The notes below the pieces were generated by a model. It saw only the letters and a list, made by a program, of their open reading frames with translations. It was not told the DNA's origin and did not search any database. A DNA stretch of 64,000 nt from Bacteroidales bacterium UBA1205 (lineage in GTDB: Bacteria > Bacteroidota > Bacteroidia > Bacteroidales > WCHB1-69), in assembly GCA_002309615.1 (NCBI GenBank), contig DBXT01000056.1, positions 3,671 to 67,670 of the forward strand. The letters are read 5' to 3'. Both the position numbers and the translations under genes were made by a program. Below, piece by piece: positions 8,876 through 17,985 of the stretch (the first letter of the stretch is position 1; every line of letters starts with the position of its first letter).

Positions 8876-10036
8876 TTAATAAACTCCTATAACATATTTT
8901 TTTACATCGTCAAGTGTAATTTTTTTATTACACAATATCACCAAACGCTCTACCACATTCCGCAATTCTCGAATGTTACCCGGCCATGGCAAACTTTTCA
9001 ACTCTTCCACTGCATCGTTATCTATTTCGCATTTGGGCATATTCTCCGATTCACATATTTGATTCATAAAATAATCTATCAGCAATGGTATGTCCTCTAT
9101 TCTCTCTCTCAAGGGAGGAACGTGTATAATTATCACACTCAAGCGATGATAAAGGTCTTCCCTGAAACGTTTGTTGGCTATTTCTTCTTGCAAATGTTTA
9201 TTAGTAGCTGCTATTACCCTTACATCCACAGGTATTTCCTTTTCTCCTCCCACTCTGGTAATTTTGCCTTCTTGCAAAGCTCGCAACATCTTTGCTTGCG
9301 CAGCAAGGTTCATATCCCCTATTTCATCTAAGAATAAGGTACCGTGGTCTGCCAGCTCAAAATCACCTTTTCTTTGCTTAATGGCAGAAGTAAACGAACC
9401 TTTTTCATGTCCGAACAATTCGCTTTCTATCAATTCTGAAGGAATGGCCGCACAATTCACCTCTACCAAGGCATTGCCGGAACGATTGCTTTTTTCATGC
9501 AACCAATGTGCCACCATTTCTTTACCTGTTCCGTTCTCTCCCGTAATGAGCACACGTGTGTTGGTAGGCGCCACTCTTTCTATCATTTCTTTCATGGCAT
9601 TAATGGCAGGAGAATTGCCTACTATTTCATATTTTTTGCTGTGTTTTTTAACCAAACGTTTGGTTTCCGTAACCAAATGTTCTCTGTCTATGGCATGTCG
9701 TACCGAAATTAACAGACGATTCATATCCATAGGCTTTTGAATAAAATCAAATGCCCCTTTTGTCAATGCTTCCACAGCCGTGTCTACATCACCATGACCG
9801 GTAATCATCACCACAGGAACGGTATCTTTGCTCTCAAAAGCTTCCAAAAATTCTATTCCGCTCATTTCCGGCATTTTGATATCACACAAAATAGCATTGT
9901 ATTCCACTTTTTTTACTTGTTCCAATGCTCGTTTTGCATTCTCTATTTCATCTACTTCATAATTTTCATATTCCATAATTTCACGCACAGACTTGCGTAT
10001 TATGGGATCATCATCTATTATCAATATCTTTGCCAT
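8876..10036 (-). CDS. Sigma-54-dependent response regulator (REC + AAA+), lacking a C-terminal HTH
   Basis: REC domain: IIDDD, CDIKMPEMSG, MITGHGD, FIQKP. AAA+ domain: GENGTGKE, LFLDEIGD, GSFTSA loop, RFREDLYHRL, PGNIRELRN. The protein ends about 15 aa after the AAA+ lid, at 386 aa. Confidence 0.9.
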   Translation of the reverse strand: MAKILIIDDDPIIRKSVREIMEYENYEVDEIENAKRALEQVKKVEYNAILCDIKMPEMSGIEFLEAFESKDTVPVVMITGHGDVDTAVEALTKGAFDFIQKPMDMNRLLISVRHAIDREHLVTETKRLVKKHSKKYEIVGNSPAINAMKEMIERVAPTNTRVLITGENGTGKEMVAHWLHEKSNRSGNALVEVNCAAIPSELIESELFGHEKGSFTSAIKQRKGDFELADHGTLFLDEIGDMNLAAQAKMLRALQEGKITRVGGEKEIPVDVRVIAATNKHLQEEIANKRFREDLYHRLSVIIIHVPPLRERIEDIPLLIDYFMNQICESENMPKCEIDNDAVEELKSLPWPGNIRELRNVVERLVILCNKKITLDDVKKYVIGVY

Positions 10037-10058
10037 AACGCCCTATTGTTTTACATTG

Positions 10059-10066
10059 CAAATGTA
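10059..10066 (-). promoter_or_regulatory. -7 promoter box (TACATTTG on the - strand) for the sigma-54 activator operon
   Basis: CAAATGTA on the + strand, 22 nt upstream of start codon 10036. Confidence 0.5.
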
Positions 10067-10136
10067 CACAAAAAAAACATGCATTCGCCTGTTTACAGAC
10101 AAAAAATACTATATAAATCCTTATTCAAAAATTTGC

Positions 10137-11330
10137 TTATGCCAATTGTGCCAACAACTGCGATAATATGCCGTTCACTACCTTATAATCGTGATAATTA
10201 CGCACATATTGTTGTGCTTGCCTGCCTATTTGCTGACATAGCTCGACGTGTTGCAGGTAAAAACTTACGGCTTGTAAAAATTGTTGCGGAGTATCGGCAA
10301 TGAGCACCTGTTTTTGATGCTCTACATCCAAACCTTCAGCACCTATGCTCGTGGTTATCACAAATTTAGCCAAAGACATGGCTTCTATGATTTTTATTCT
10401 GATTCCGCTTCCCGAAAACAAAGGTACAACTAAAACATCATTTTGCATCATGAATTGTAATGCATCGGGCACTTCTCCTATTACCTCTACATTGGGAACA
10501 TGACATTGATAAAATTCCGACGGCATGTTACGTCCTGCCATTCGAAACATTAGCTGCGGATAAGCTTGATGTATATCAGGCCACACTTTGTGTATAAACC
10601 ACTTCATGCCTTCTTTATTGGGAGCCCAATCCATAGAACCAATGGAGAAAAATCTACCGCTATGATTTTCCTCTCCCGAATTTTCCTCTTTTGGCAAGGA
10701 CATGGCAAACGGTAAGGTATGTACTTTATTGCTTCCGTATGCGCGTAATATCAGGGCATCTTTTCCGGAAATAGCCCATATTGCATCAAACATCGGAATT
10801 ACCTGCTTTTCATATTGTTCCAATTGATGTGCCAATATTGATAAATAAGCACGTTTAACTATGTTTGACGTATGTCGGCAAACCCTATGCCATACCATGT
10901 TTTCTACATTATGAGCCCTCAACACTATTTTGGCTTGACTATATTGGCGTATAATAGATATATAATCAGACATATATACCGTTTCCAATATCACCACATC
11001 GTAGGCTTGAGCACATAATATAGCTTGTAACCGCTCGGCTACCGCCTGGTTATAAAATCTTGCTACATGATAAGATTTGTTTTTTAACATACATATCAAA
11101 GCCTGTTTGATAGAAAAAGAGGTGTCCACCGAACACCATTCTATATGGGTTCGTTCTTTATAATCATTATCCACTTTATCTGCTTCTACAGGATATTTGG
11201 GCGTGTTCAGTGCCAATATTTTCACTTCGTGTCCCAATTGTATCAACGATTCCGAAACCGCATTCATGGCGATAGGACCGCCTTCTTTTGCCGGATACGG
11301 CGATTTGTTACATATCTGTAGTATCTTCAT
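10137..11330 (-). CDS. Glycosyltransferase family 4 (GT-B)
   Basis: MKILQICNKSPYPAKEGGPIA N-terminus. C-terminal GSGIRIKIIEAMSLAKFVITTSIGAEGL (EX7E-like). Confidence 0.85.
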   Translation of the reverse strand: MKILQICNKSPYPAKEGGPIAMNAVSESLIQLGHEVKILALNTPKYPVEADKVDNDYKERTHIEWCSVDTSFSIKQALICMLKNKSYHVARFYNQAVAERLQAILCAQAYDVVILETVYMSDYISIIRQYSQAKIVLRAHNVENMVWHRVCRHTSNIVKRAYLSILAHQLEQYEKQVIPMFDAIWAISGKDALILRAYGSNKVHTLPFAMSLPKEENSGEENHSGRFFSIGSMDWAPNKEGMKWFIHKVWPDIHQAYPQLMFRMAGRNMPSEFYQCHVPNVEVIGEVPDALQFMMQNDVLVVPLFSGSGIRIKIIEAMSLAKFVITTSIGAEGLDVEHQKQVLIADTPQQFLQAVSFYLQHVELCQQIGRQAQQYVRNYHDYKVVNGILSQLLAQLA

Positions 11331-12774
11331 AGTAATTATTTTTAAGCTTTCGCAAAGGATTCTTTGCCGACAGTTTATTGAAGAATACTTTCAATGCGGA
11401 TAAATCCGACAATCCGGCTTCGGTAGAAGCCTTGTACACCAAAAATATTCCTAACGGCAATAACAACAAAGTAGATATCCACATGCCGAAATAAGGAGGA
11501 ATGGTGCCTATACGGGACATACGCTCACCCATGGTGGAGGTAACCCAATATACTACAAACACCAAAATAGACACCGTAAGCGGGATACCTAAACCGCCTT
11601 TGCGAATAATGGCACCCAAAGGCACTCCTATGAAAAACAATAGCAGACATGCTATGGACAAGGAAAACTTTCTATGCCATTCTATTTCATAACGCCACAA
11701 CTGCTTTTGTTGAGAGTCGTAGTCTATCATATTAAATTCCATCAAACCGGTGTTTTCTCTTGAACTTTGCACCGCATAATTGTATATTTTTTCTTTTTGT
11801 GCAAGGGTGAATTGAATTTGACGGGATAAAGTATCCGCATATTGGTGCTTGGCAGTATCGGTATACAAATTGGACAATGTACGCATGTTGAGTATCAAAT
11901 CATTGCCCCGCCTGCTTTTCAAAGCGAACAACTCGCTACGCATGGTGTCAATGTATCTATCCAACTGCAACACATTGAGCATTTCGTAACTGTCTTTATA
12001 AAAATCTTCACTCGTGTGTTGCAATTTAAAAGACGATAAATCAAATTTCACCTGTTGCGACTTAAACGTTCCTCTTAACAATGGCATGTCTGTAGCCCTT
12101 GAAGCAGCGTCATATTGCACGTTTTCATCATAAATAAAACCGTCTTCCAAGGTAAAAAACAAAGTTTGCTCATTGTCGGAAAGTTCCATTTTTCCTTTTT
12201 TCCCGTAGGTTAATGTTGCATATCCGTTGTTCCGGGTATGGTCATAAATAAGCACATCGTAGATAGTGGAATTATCCTTGTCTTTTTTACCGATGCGGAT
12301 AATATAATTATCTATGCCCCTGTAAAACATTCCTTCATCTATGCTCAATGCCGGCTTTTGTGCTTGAATATCATGCAACAACACCGTAAATTTCAAACTC
12401 ATTACCGGCACCACATTGTTGGCAAATACAAATGCTATTATGGATACTGCCACAGCAAAAATGGTAAGCGGCCGCATAATTCTAAACAAAGGGATACCTG
12501 CACTTTTAAGAGCGGTGAGCTCATTGCGTTCGGATAAATTGCCGAAAGTGATAAGAGAAGATAACAATACCGATAAAGGCAATGCCAACGGAACAAATGT
12601 AAAAGCACTGTAAAACAGCAATTTTAGCAACACTGACAATTCTAATCCTTTTCCTACAAGATCGTCAACATATTTCCATAGAAATTGCATCAGCAATATA
12701 AACAACATTACCATAAAGGTCAATATAAACGGACCAATATATGTTTTTAACAAAAATTTATCCGTCACTTTCAT
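11308..12774 (-). CDS. LptF/LptG-family (YjgP/YjgQ) LPS export permease
   Basis: TM helices at both ends flank a large periplasmic insert. N-terminus KFLLKTYIGPFILTFMVMLFILLMQFLWKYVDDLVGKG is typical of the family. Overlaps the downstream GT4 gene by 23 nt. Confidence 0.8.
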   Translation of the reverse strand: MKVTDKFLLKTYIGPFILTFMVMLFILLMQFLWKYVDDLVGKGLELSVLLKLLFYSAFTFVPLALPLSVLLSSLITFGNLSERNELTALKSAGIPLFRIMRPLTIFAVAVSIIAFVFANNVVPVMSLKFTVLLHDIQAQKPALSIDEGMFYRGIDNYIIRIGKKDKDNSTIYDVLIYDHTRNNGYATLTYGKKGKMELSDNEQTLFFTLEDGFIYDENVQYDAASRATDMPLLRGTFKSQQVKFDLSSFKLQHTSEDFYKDSYEMLNVLQLDRYIDTMRSELFALKSRRGNDLILNMRTLSNLYTDTAKHQYADTLSRQIQFTLAQKEKIYNYAVQSSRENTGLMEFNMIDYDSQQKQLWRYEIEWHRKFSLSIACLLLFFIGVPLGAIIRKGGLGIPLTVSILVFVVYWVTSTMGERMSRIGTIPPYFGMWISTLLLLPLGIFLVYKASTEAGLSDLSALKVFFNKLSAKNPLRKLKNNYYEDTTDM

Positions 12775-12814
12775 GGCAATGCTACCTCTTGTAGAGGACT
12801 AATAAAGAAATTGA

Positions 12815-13669
12815 TTAATAATCGCCTAATGTTTCCGGTATTTGTTGCAAAGCACTTGCTAATTGTTCATCATTAGGAGCGGAGCCGTGCCATTTATTGT
12901 TTCCGCACATAAAATCAACACCATAACCCATTTCTGTGTGCATGATAAAAACCACAGGCTTGGCTTTGCCGGTTAAGGATTTGGCTTGTTGCAAAGCTTG
13001 GAGCAATTGTTCCATATTATTACCTTCGCCTTCTACCACTTCCCATCCGAATGCTTTGAATTTTGCCGATAAATCCAGCATATCCATCACTTGCTCTACC
13101 GAACCGTCTATTTGTTTGTGATTATAATCTACGGTAAGAATGATATTATCCACATGTTTTGAACCGGCATACATAAAAGCCTCCCATACCTGTCCTTCTT
13201 CCAATTCGCCATCACCGGTAAGCACATATACTATAGATTTATCATTGTTCATAGCCTTGGCTTCTGCCACTCCTAATGCGATAGACGCTCCTTGACCCAA
13301 CGAGCCCGAAGCCACTCTTATACCGGGCAGACCATGGCTGTTGGAAGGATGGCCTTGCAAGCGAGTGTGTAATTTTCTAAAAGTAGCCAGCTCCGAAACG
13401 TCAAAATAGCCTCTGCGAGCCAACACTGAATACAAACAAGGAGATATATGCCCGTTTGACAAGAAAAACATATCTTCGTTAGTACCTTCTTGGGTGAAAT
13501 GATGAGGATCTATATTCATTATTTCAAAATACAATGCCGTCATAAAATCTGCACATCCCAATGAACCGCCGGGGTGCCCCGATTGCACGGCATGAACCAT
13601 TCTTAATGCATCTCTTCTCACTTGAGCAGCTATTTTTTCCAATTCTGATATTCTTTCCTTGCTTACCAT
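12815..13669 (-). CDS. Transketolase, N-terminal (TPP-binding) subunit of a split enzyme
   Basis: SGHPGGSLGCADF, LTGDGELEEGQVWEA. Ends where full-length transketolases continue. The ATG at 13669 is preferred because a -7 box lies inside the track N-terminus. Confidence 0.88.
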   Translation of the reverse strand: MVSKERISELEKIAAQVRRDALRMVHAVQSGHPGGSLGCADFMTALYFEIMNIDPHHFTQEGTNEDMFFLSNGHISPCLYSVLARRGYFDVSELATFRKLHTRLQGHPSNSHGLPGIRVASGSLGQGASIALGVAEAKAMNNDKSIVYVLTGDGELEEGQVWEAFMYAGSKHVDNIILTVDYNHKQIDGSVEQVMDMLDLSAKFKAFGWEVVEGEGNNMEQLLQALQQAKSLTGKAKPVVFIMHTEMGYGVDFMCGNNKWHGSAPNDEQLASALQQIPETLGDY

Positions 13670-13693
13670 AATTATAATATTTATTGCATCTTG

Positions 13694-13701
13694 CAAAGGT
13701 A
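13694..13701 (-). promoter_or_regulatory. -7 promoter box (TACCTTTG on the - strand) for the transketolase-lptF-GT4 unit
   Basis: CAAAGGTA on the + strand, 24 nt upstream of ATG 13669. Confidence 0.5.
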
Positions 13702-13735
13702 ACATTTTTTTTGAAATTTCTCCCTTATTTGTTCC

Positions 13736-15631
13736 TTACTTAGGCATTTTTTCACTCAACTCCAGCCATCGCATGGTTTTGACATCTAATGTTTGCTCAT
13801 TATTAGCATATTCCTGAGACATACGCAAACTATCTTGCGGTGATATGTCGCTTGATGCCAAGTGTTCGACCAATTGTTTTTGCATCAATTCCAATTCCGC
13901 TATTTCTTTTTCAAGCAAAATAAATTCTTGTTCTTCTTTATAAGTACGTCTGTTGGTATCTACTACCGAAGTCTTTGGTTTCACAGCGGCAGGTTTTTCA
14001 ATCTTTTGCTGCTTGGCGGCAATACGTTCTTCTTTTTGGCGTTGTAATTTGTAATCAGTATAATTACCATAATAGTCTTTAATTTTTCCGCCATCCTCCA
14101 TTATAAACACATGGTCCACCAATTTGTCCATAAACCACCTGTCGTGCGATACTATTAGCAAACATCCTTCAAAATGTAACAAAAAATCTTCTAAAAGATT
14201 CAAAGTGTCGATGTCGAAATCGTTAGTGGGTTCGTCTAAAATTAAAAAATTAGGATTTTTGAGCAACACCAACAACAAATGCAATTTGCGACGTTGCCCC
14301 CCGCTGAGTTTTTCGTAATAGGTGTACTGCAAATCGTATCCGAAACCAAAATGTTTGAGAAATACCGATGCCGATATTAAATTACCTCCTGACATTCTAA
14401 CCATTTCGGCATGCTCTTTTACTATATCTATCACCCGTTTGCCGTCATTTTCGGAATTTATCTCATCTTGGCTATAATAGCCTGTGATGATGGTTGAACC
14501 AAAAGTAATTTTTCCCGCTGTAGGCTTAAGTTCATTGACTATCAACCGTAAAAGTGTGGTTTTTCCGGAACCGTTTCTTCCTATCACCCCACATCGCTCC
14601 CCTCTTTTGAAAATATAAGAAAAATCGCTGACAATAGGTGTGGTTCCGTACGAAAAATCCAAATTGTCTATCTCCAATATCTTATTGCCGACCCGCTCCG
14701 TTTTTACGGAAAAATCGCTGTCTTTGGCAGCTACAGGAGCGGAAAGTTGCTGTTTCAAAAGTTCAAAATTATCTATACGCGATTTTGACTTGGTACTACG
14801 GGCTTGTGGTGTAGACCGCATCCATTCCAGCTCTTTGCGATATATGTTACGGAGTTTCTCCATTTCGGCAGCTTGATTGGATAAACGTTCTTGTTTTTTT
14901 TCCAAAAAATAATTATACTTGCCCTTATATCTATACACGCCGGAAACATCTAATTCTATTATCTCGTCACACACCTTGTCTAAAAAAAACCTATCGTGGG
15001 TAACCATCAATAAGGTGGTGTTGGCAGTGGTAAGGAAGGTTTCCAGCCATTCTATCATATCTATATCCAGATGGTTGGTAGGCTCGTCCATTATCAAAAA
15101 ATCTGCTTGCGAAAGCAATATTTTAGCCAATGCGACTTTTTTACGCTGACCTCCGGAAAGCTCATTTATATTCTTTGAATAGTCCTCCAAGTCTAATTTG
15201 TGCAATATTTCTTTTGCCTTAGACTCAAAGTTCCATGCATCAAATGCATCCATTGCTTCCATTGCCGATTGTAATAATTGTTGATGCGCTGCTGTATCGG
15301 CATGGTTAAATTGCTGTAATGCCCTTTCATAGTTTTTTATAGCCGTCACTTGCTCATTGTCTGAATCAAACACGGCATCCAACACACTAACATTTGCTAC
15401 CGTATCAAACACTTGCGGAAGGTATGCCACTTTAATATCTCCGCGAAGGGTGAATCTGCCGCTATCAGCTATATCCAGTCCCATCAATATATTGAGCAAG
15501 GTGGTTTTTCCCGTGCCGTTTTTGGCTATTAATGCCACCTTTTGCCCTTTTTCTATGCCAAAAGAGACATTTTCAAACAGCAAATTTTCGCCATATCGCT
15601 TTGATAAACTCTCTACATTCAGATAATTCAT
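13736..15631 (-). CDS. ABC-F family ATPase (two ABC domains, no TM domain)
   Basis: Walker A motifs GKNGTGKTT and GRNGSGKTT. Signatures LSGGQRKK and LSGGQRRK. Charged coiled-coil C-terminus. 631 aa. Confidence 0.9.
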   Translation of the reverse strand: MNYLNVESLSKRYGENLLFENVSFGIEKGQKVALIAKNGTGKTTLLNILMGLDIADSGRFTLRGDIKVAYLPQVFDTVANVSVLDAVFDSDNEQVTAIKNYERALQQFNHADTAAHQQLLQSAMEAMDAFDAWNFESKAKEILHKLDLEDYSKNINELSGGQRKKVALAKILLSQADFLIMDEPTNHLDIDMIEWLETFLTTANTTLLMVTHDRFFLDKVCDEIIELDVSGVYRYKGKYNYFLEKKQERLSNQAAEMEKLRNIYRKELEWMRSTPQARSTKSKSRIDNFELLKQQLSAPVAAKDSDFSVKTERVGNKILEIDNLDFSYGTTPIVSDFSYIFKRGERCGVIGRNGSGKTTLLRLIVNELKPTAGKITFGSTIITGYYSQDEINSENDGKRVIDIVKEHAEMVRMSGGNLISASVFLKHFGFGYDLQYTYYEKLSGGQRRKLHLLLVLLKNPNFLILDEPTNDFDIDTLNLLEDFLLHFEGCLLIVSHDRWFMDKLVDHVFIMEDGGKIKDYYGNYTDYKLQRQKEERIAAKQQKIEKPAAVKPKTSVVDTNRRTYKEEQEFILLEKEIAELELMQKQLVEHLASSDISPQDSLRMSQEYANNEQTLDVKTMRWLELSEKMPK

Positions 15632-15653
15632 TTCTTCAAAACTGATAAAAAAG

Positions 15654-15661
15654 CAAACTTA
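15654..15661 (-). promoter_or_regulatory. -7 promoter box (TAAGTTTG on the - strand) for the ABC-F gene
   Basis: CAAACTTA on the + strand, 22 nt upstream of ATG 15631. Confidence 0.45.
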
Positions 15662-15667
15662 TAATAA

Positions 15668-15703
15668 AATAGGGCATAAGCTCTTCTACTCTTATACCCT
15701 ATT
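15668..15703 (-). terminator. Hairpin terminator after sufD
   Basis: 13-bp arms at 15668-15680 and 15691-15703. The single mismatch becomes a G:U pair on the - strand. The U-tract after it (TTATTATAAGTTTG) is only weak. Confidence 0.45.
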
Positions 15704-15718
15704 CATTGTTACTTTTCA

Positions 15719-17089
15719 CTATAATTCCGGCATTTTAATTTCAAAATGTATGGGTTTTTGTTCACACACCTTGGTACAGCCTGCACAAAACAAAGTTTGT
15801 CCGGAAAGCCTTTTTTCCACCAAATTTTCGGTATAACCCACCAAGGGGGCTATGGATATTTTATCCACCACCTCTTTTGCGAAAGCATGCATCAAAAGCA
15901 TCTTCGCATTTTTTTCACATATTCCTCTTGAACGCATATAAAAAACAGCATCTTCGTCCAATTGGCCTACTGTAGCTCCGTGAGAGCATTTTACATCGTC
16001 GGCATATATTTCCAAAAACGGTTTGGTATTGATAGTGGCCCTGTCGGTGAGTAAAATATTATGATTCACTTGATAAGCTTCTGTTTTTTGGGCATCTTGC
16101 GCCACATAAATATGACCGACGAATCCCGCCTGAGAATCATCATCCATAATGCCGTTGTACAATTGATGACTGGTGCAATTTTCCACATGATGATTCACCG
16201 ACACACAATTGACAACATTTTGTTGTTTGTCCACCAAATACAATCCGTTCATGTCTATATCCGCCCCTTCTCCGAGCAAATGGCTGTAGAGAGAATTGTG
16301 AACGACACCTCCGTTGAATACATTGGAAAATGTGCATACTCGTGATTTTTTTCCTTGATAGATAGTGCTATCGTTGATAAGCATAGTTTTTTTATCTTCA
16401 TTTTCCAATTTAAAGTACACCAACTCCGCATTATCTTCAACAAACAATTCCGTTGCCGTGTTGATCAAAGTATGCCCGCTTTGAATGGTGTCATCACAAT
16501 GTATCAAAGAAAGAGAAGCATTTTTACCCACTATCACCAAATTTTTCATGTTAATGAACAAATTATTGCTATTGTTCACCACATTCACCATTTGTATGGG
16601 CTGCGTAAATTTCACATTATCGGGTATATAAATAAAACATCCGTCTTGATACAATGCCGATGCCATGTCAAACATTCCGCTATGGGACTGCTTTTTGGAT
16701 TGCTCCATATAATGTTGTATCAACGAAGCATATTGAGCCGTTGCGTGCCTGAAACTACCTATGATAACCCCGTTGGGGAAAATGGTAAGCGGTGCATTGT
16801 TGTGCACATACCAACCATTCATAAAGGTAAACATATAGGCGTCAATATTCTGTATATCACAGCTAAACACACTATCCGACAATTGGAAATCATCGGGTTG
16901 GGTTTTAATGGTATAAGTATTTTCTATTATATTGTTCCAATTAAAATTTCTCCATAGTTCATTGGATCGGGGGGGAACACCCTTTTGCAAAAAACTATCG
17001 GTAAAATATTTTCTATCCTTATTTGCTGTTTCAGCGTATGCGTTGACATACTTTGCAAAATAATTATTGATATCTTGATATCGATTCAT
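15719..17089 (-). CDS. sufD: SufD-like Fe-S cluster assembly protein
   Basis: C-terminal SufB/D block FLEIYADDVKCSHGATVGQLDEDAVFYMRSRGI. 456 aa. Extra tail LFCAGCTKVCEQKPIHFEIKMPEL. Confidence 0.8.
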   Translation of the reverse strand: MNRYQDINNYFAKYVNAYAETANKDRKYFTDSFLQKGVPPRSNELWRNFNWNNIIENTYTIKTQPDDFQLSDSVFSCDIQNIDAYMFTFMNGWYVHNNAPLTIFPNGVIIGSFRHATAQYASLIQHYMEQSKKQSHSGMFDMASALYQDGCFIYIPDNVKFTQPIQMVNVVNNSNNLFINMKNLVIVGKNASLSLIHCDDTIQSGHTLINTATELFVEDNAELVYFKLENEDKKTMLINDSTIYQGKKSRVCTFSNVFNGGVVHNSLYSHLLGEGADIDMNGLYLVDKQQNVVNCVSVNHHVENCTSHQLYNGIMDDDSQAGFVGHIYVAQDAQKTEAYQVNHNILLTDRATINTKPFLEIYADDVKCSHGATVGQLDEDAVFYMRSRGICEKNAKMLLMHAFAKEVVDKISIAPLVGYTENLVEKRLSGQTLFCAGCTKVCEQKPIHFEIKMPEL

Positions 17090-17096
17090 CGTTGTT

Positions 17097-17981
17097 TTAT
17101 TTTGACACCTTAAAATTAGGAGTAGCCGGATAATTCTTTTTGGCTATGGAATACCACAAACATATTATTCCCAACACTATAAAGGGAATGCTCAACCATT
17201 GTCCCATGTTTAAAGTCATGTCGGCCTCAAACGCCACTTGATCGGCTTTTACAAATTCTATCAAAAAACGAGCGGTAAATATCACCACCAAAGCGGTGCC
17301 CAAAGACCTGCCTGCCGGAATACGACCTTTGGCATGCTTAAAATAATACCACGTTTGATAGCCGAACAGACTCAAATACACCAAAGATTCATACAATTGT
17401 GCCGGATGCCGAGGTTGGCAACATTCATCCGTGCCGTTTAAACGTTCAAAAACAAATCCCCATGGTACATCGGTGATGGTGCCTATAATTTCGGAATTCA
17501 TCAAATTGCCGCAACGCACCAATGCTGCCGCTATAGGAATACAAATAGCTATTCTATCAAATAACCAAAACAAATTCACTTTATGTTTGTATGAAAAATA
17601 CAACACATATAATATGATGGCTATGGTTCCTCCATGGCTGGCCAATCCTTCATAACCTCTGAACACCCAGCCTTCCGATGTTTGTACAAATGGAATAAAA
17701 ATCTCCAATATATGATTACGAAAATATGCCCAATCGTAAAACAAGCAATGTCCCAATCTTAAACCCACCACTGTCCACACGCAGGTAAACAAAGCAAATC
17801 TATCTATTATTTCTACCGTAACATGCTCGTTTTTGGCTATTTTCTGCAATACCATATATGCCAACATAAAACCTGTTGCCAACAACAGACCATACCATCC
17901 TACACGCACTTCGCCGATGGCAAAAATGATGGGATCTACATTCCAATGTATGATACTTATTATTGATGATATTACTCCCAT
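17097..17981 (-). CDS. lgt: Prolipoprotein diacylglyceryl transferase
   Basis: Polytopic membrane protein with HPAQLYES and GRIPAGRSLG motifs, 294 aa. Confidence 0.88.
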   Translation of the reverse strand: MGVISSIISIIHWNVDPIIFAIGEVRVGWYGLLLATGFMLAYMVLQKIAKNEHVTVEIIDRFALFTCVWTVVGLRLGHCLFYDWAYFRNHILEIFIPFVQTSEGWVFRGYEGLASHGGTIAIILYVLYFSYKHKVNLFWLFDRIAICIPIAAALVRCGNLMNSEIIGTITDVPWGFVFERLNGTDECCQPRHPAQLYESLVYLSLFGYQTWYYFKHAKGRIPAGRSLGTALVVIFTARFLIEFVKADQVAFEADMTLNMGQWLSIPFIVLGIICLWYSIAKKNYPATPNFKVSK

Positions 17982-17985
17982 ATTT

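Noticed and set aside
10137-10160. A TTGGCACAATTGGCAT sequence on the minus strand resembling a sigma-54 -24 element (TGGCAC), near the sigma-54 activator gene.
   Set aside because: The GG-N10-GC spacing is not satisfied (the GC falls at N8). The site also lies inside the 3' end of the GT4 coding sequence.
12815-13669. Partner subunits are missing next to split or two-subunit enzymes: transketolase N-subunit without a C-subunit, pyrD without pyrK, parC without parE.
   Set aside because: The partners may simply be encoded elsewhere. Unlinked arrangements are not rare, and a single window cannot show they are absent from the genome.
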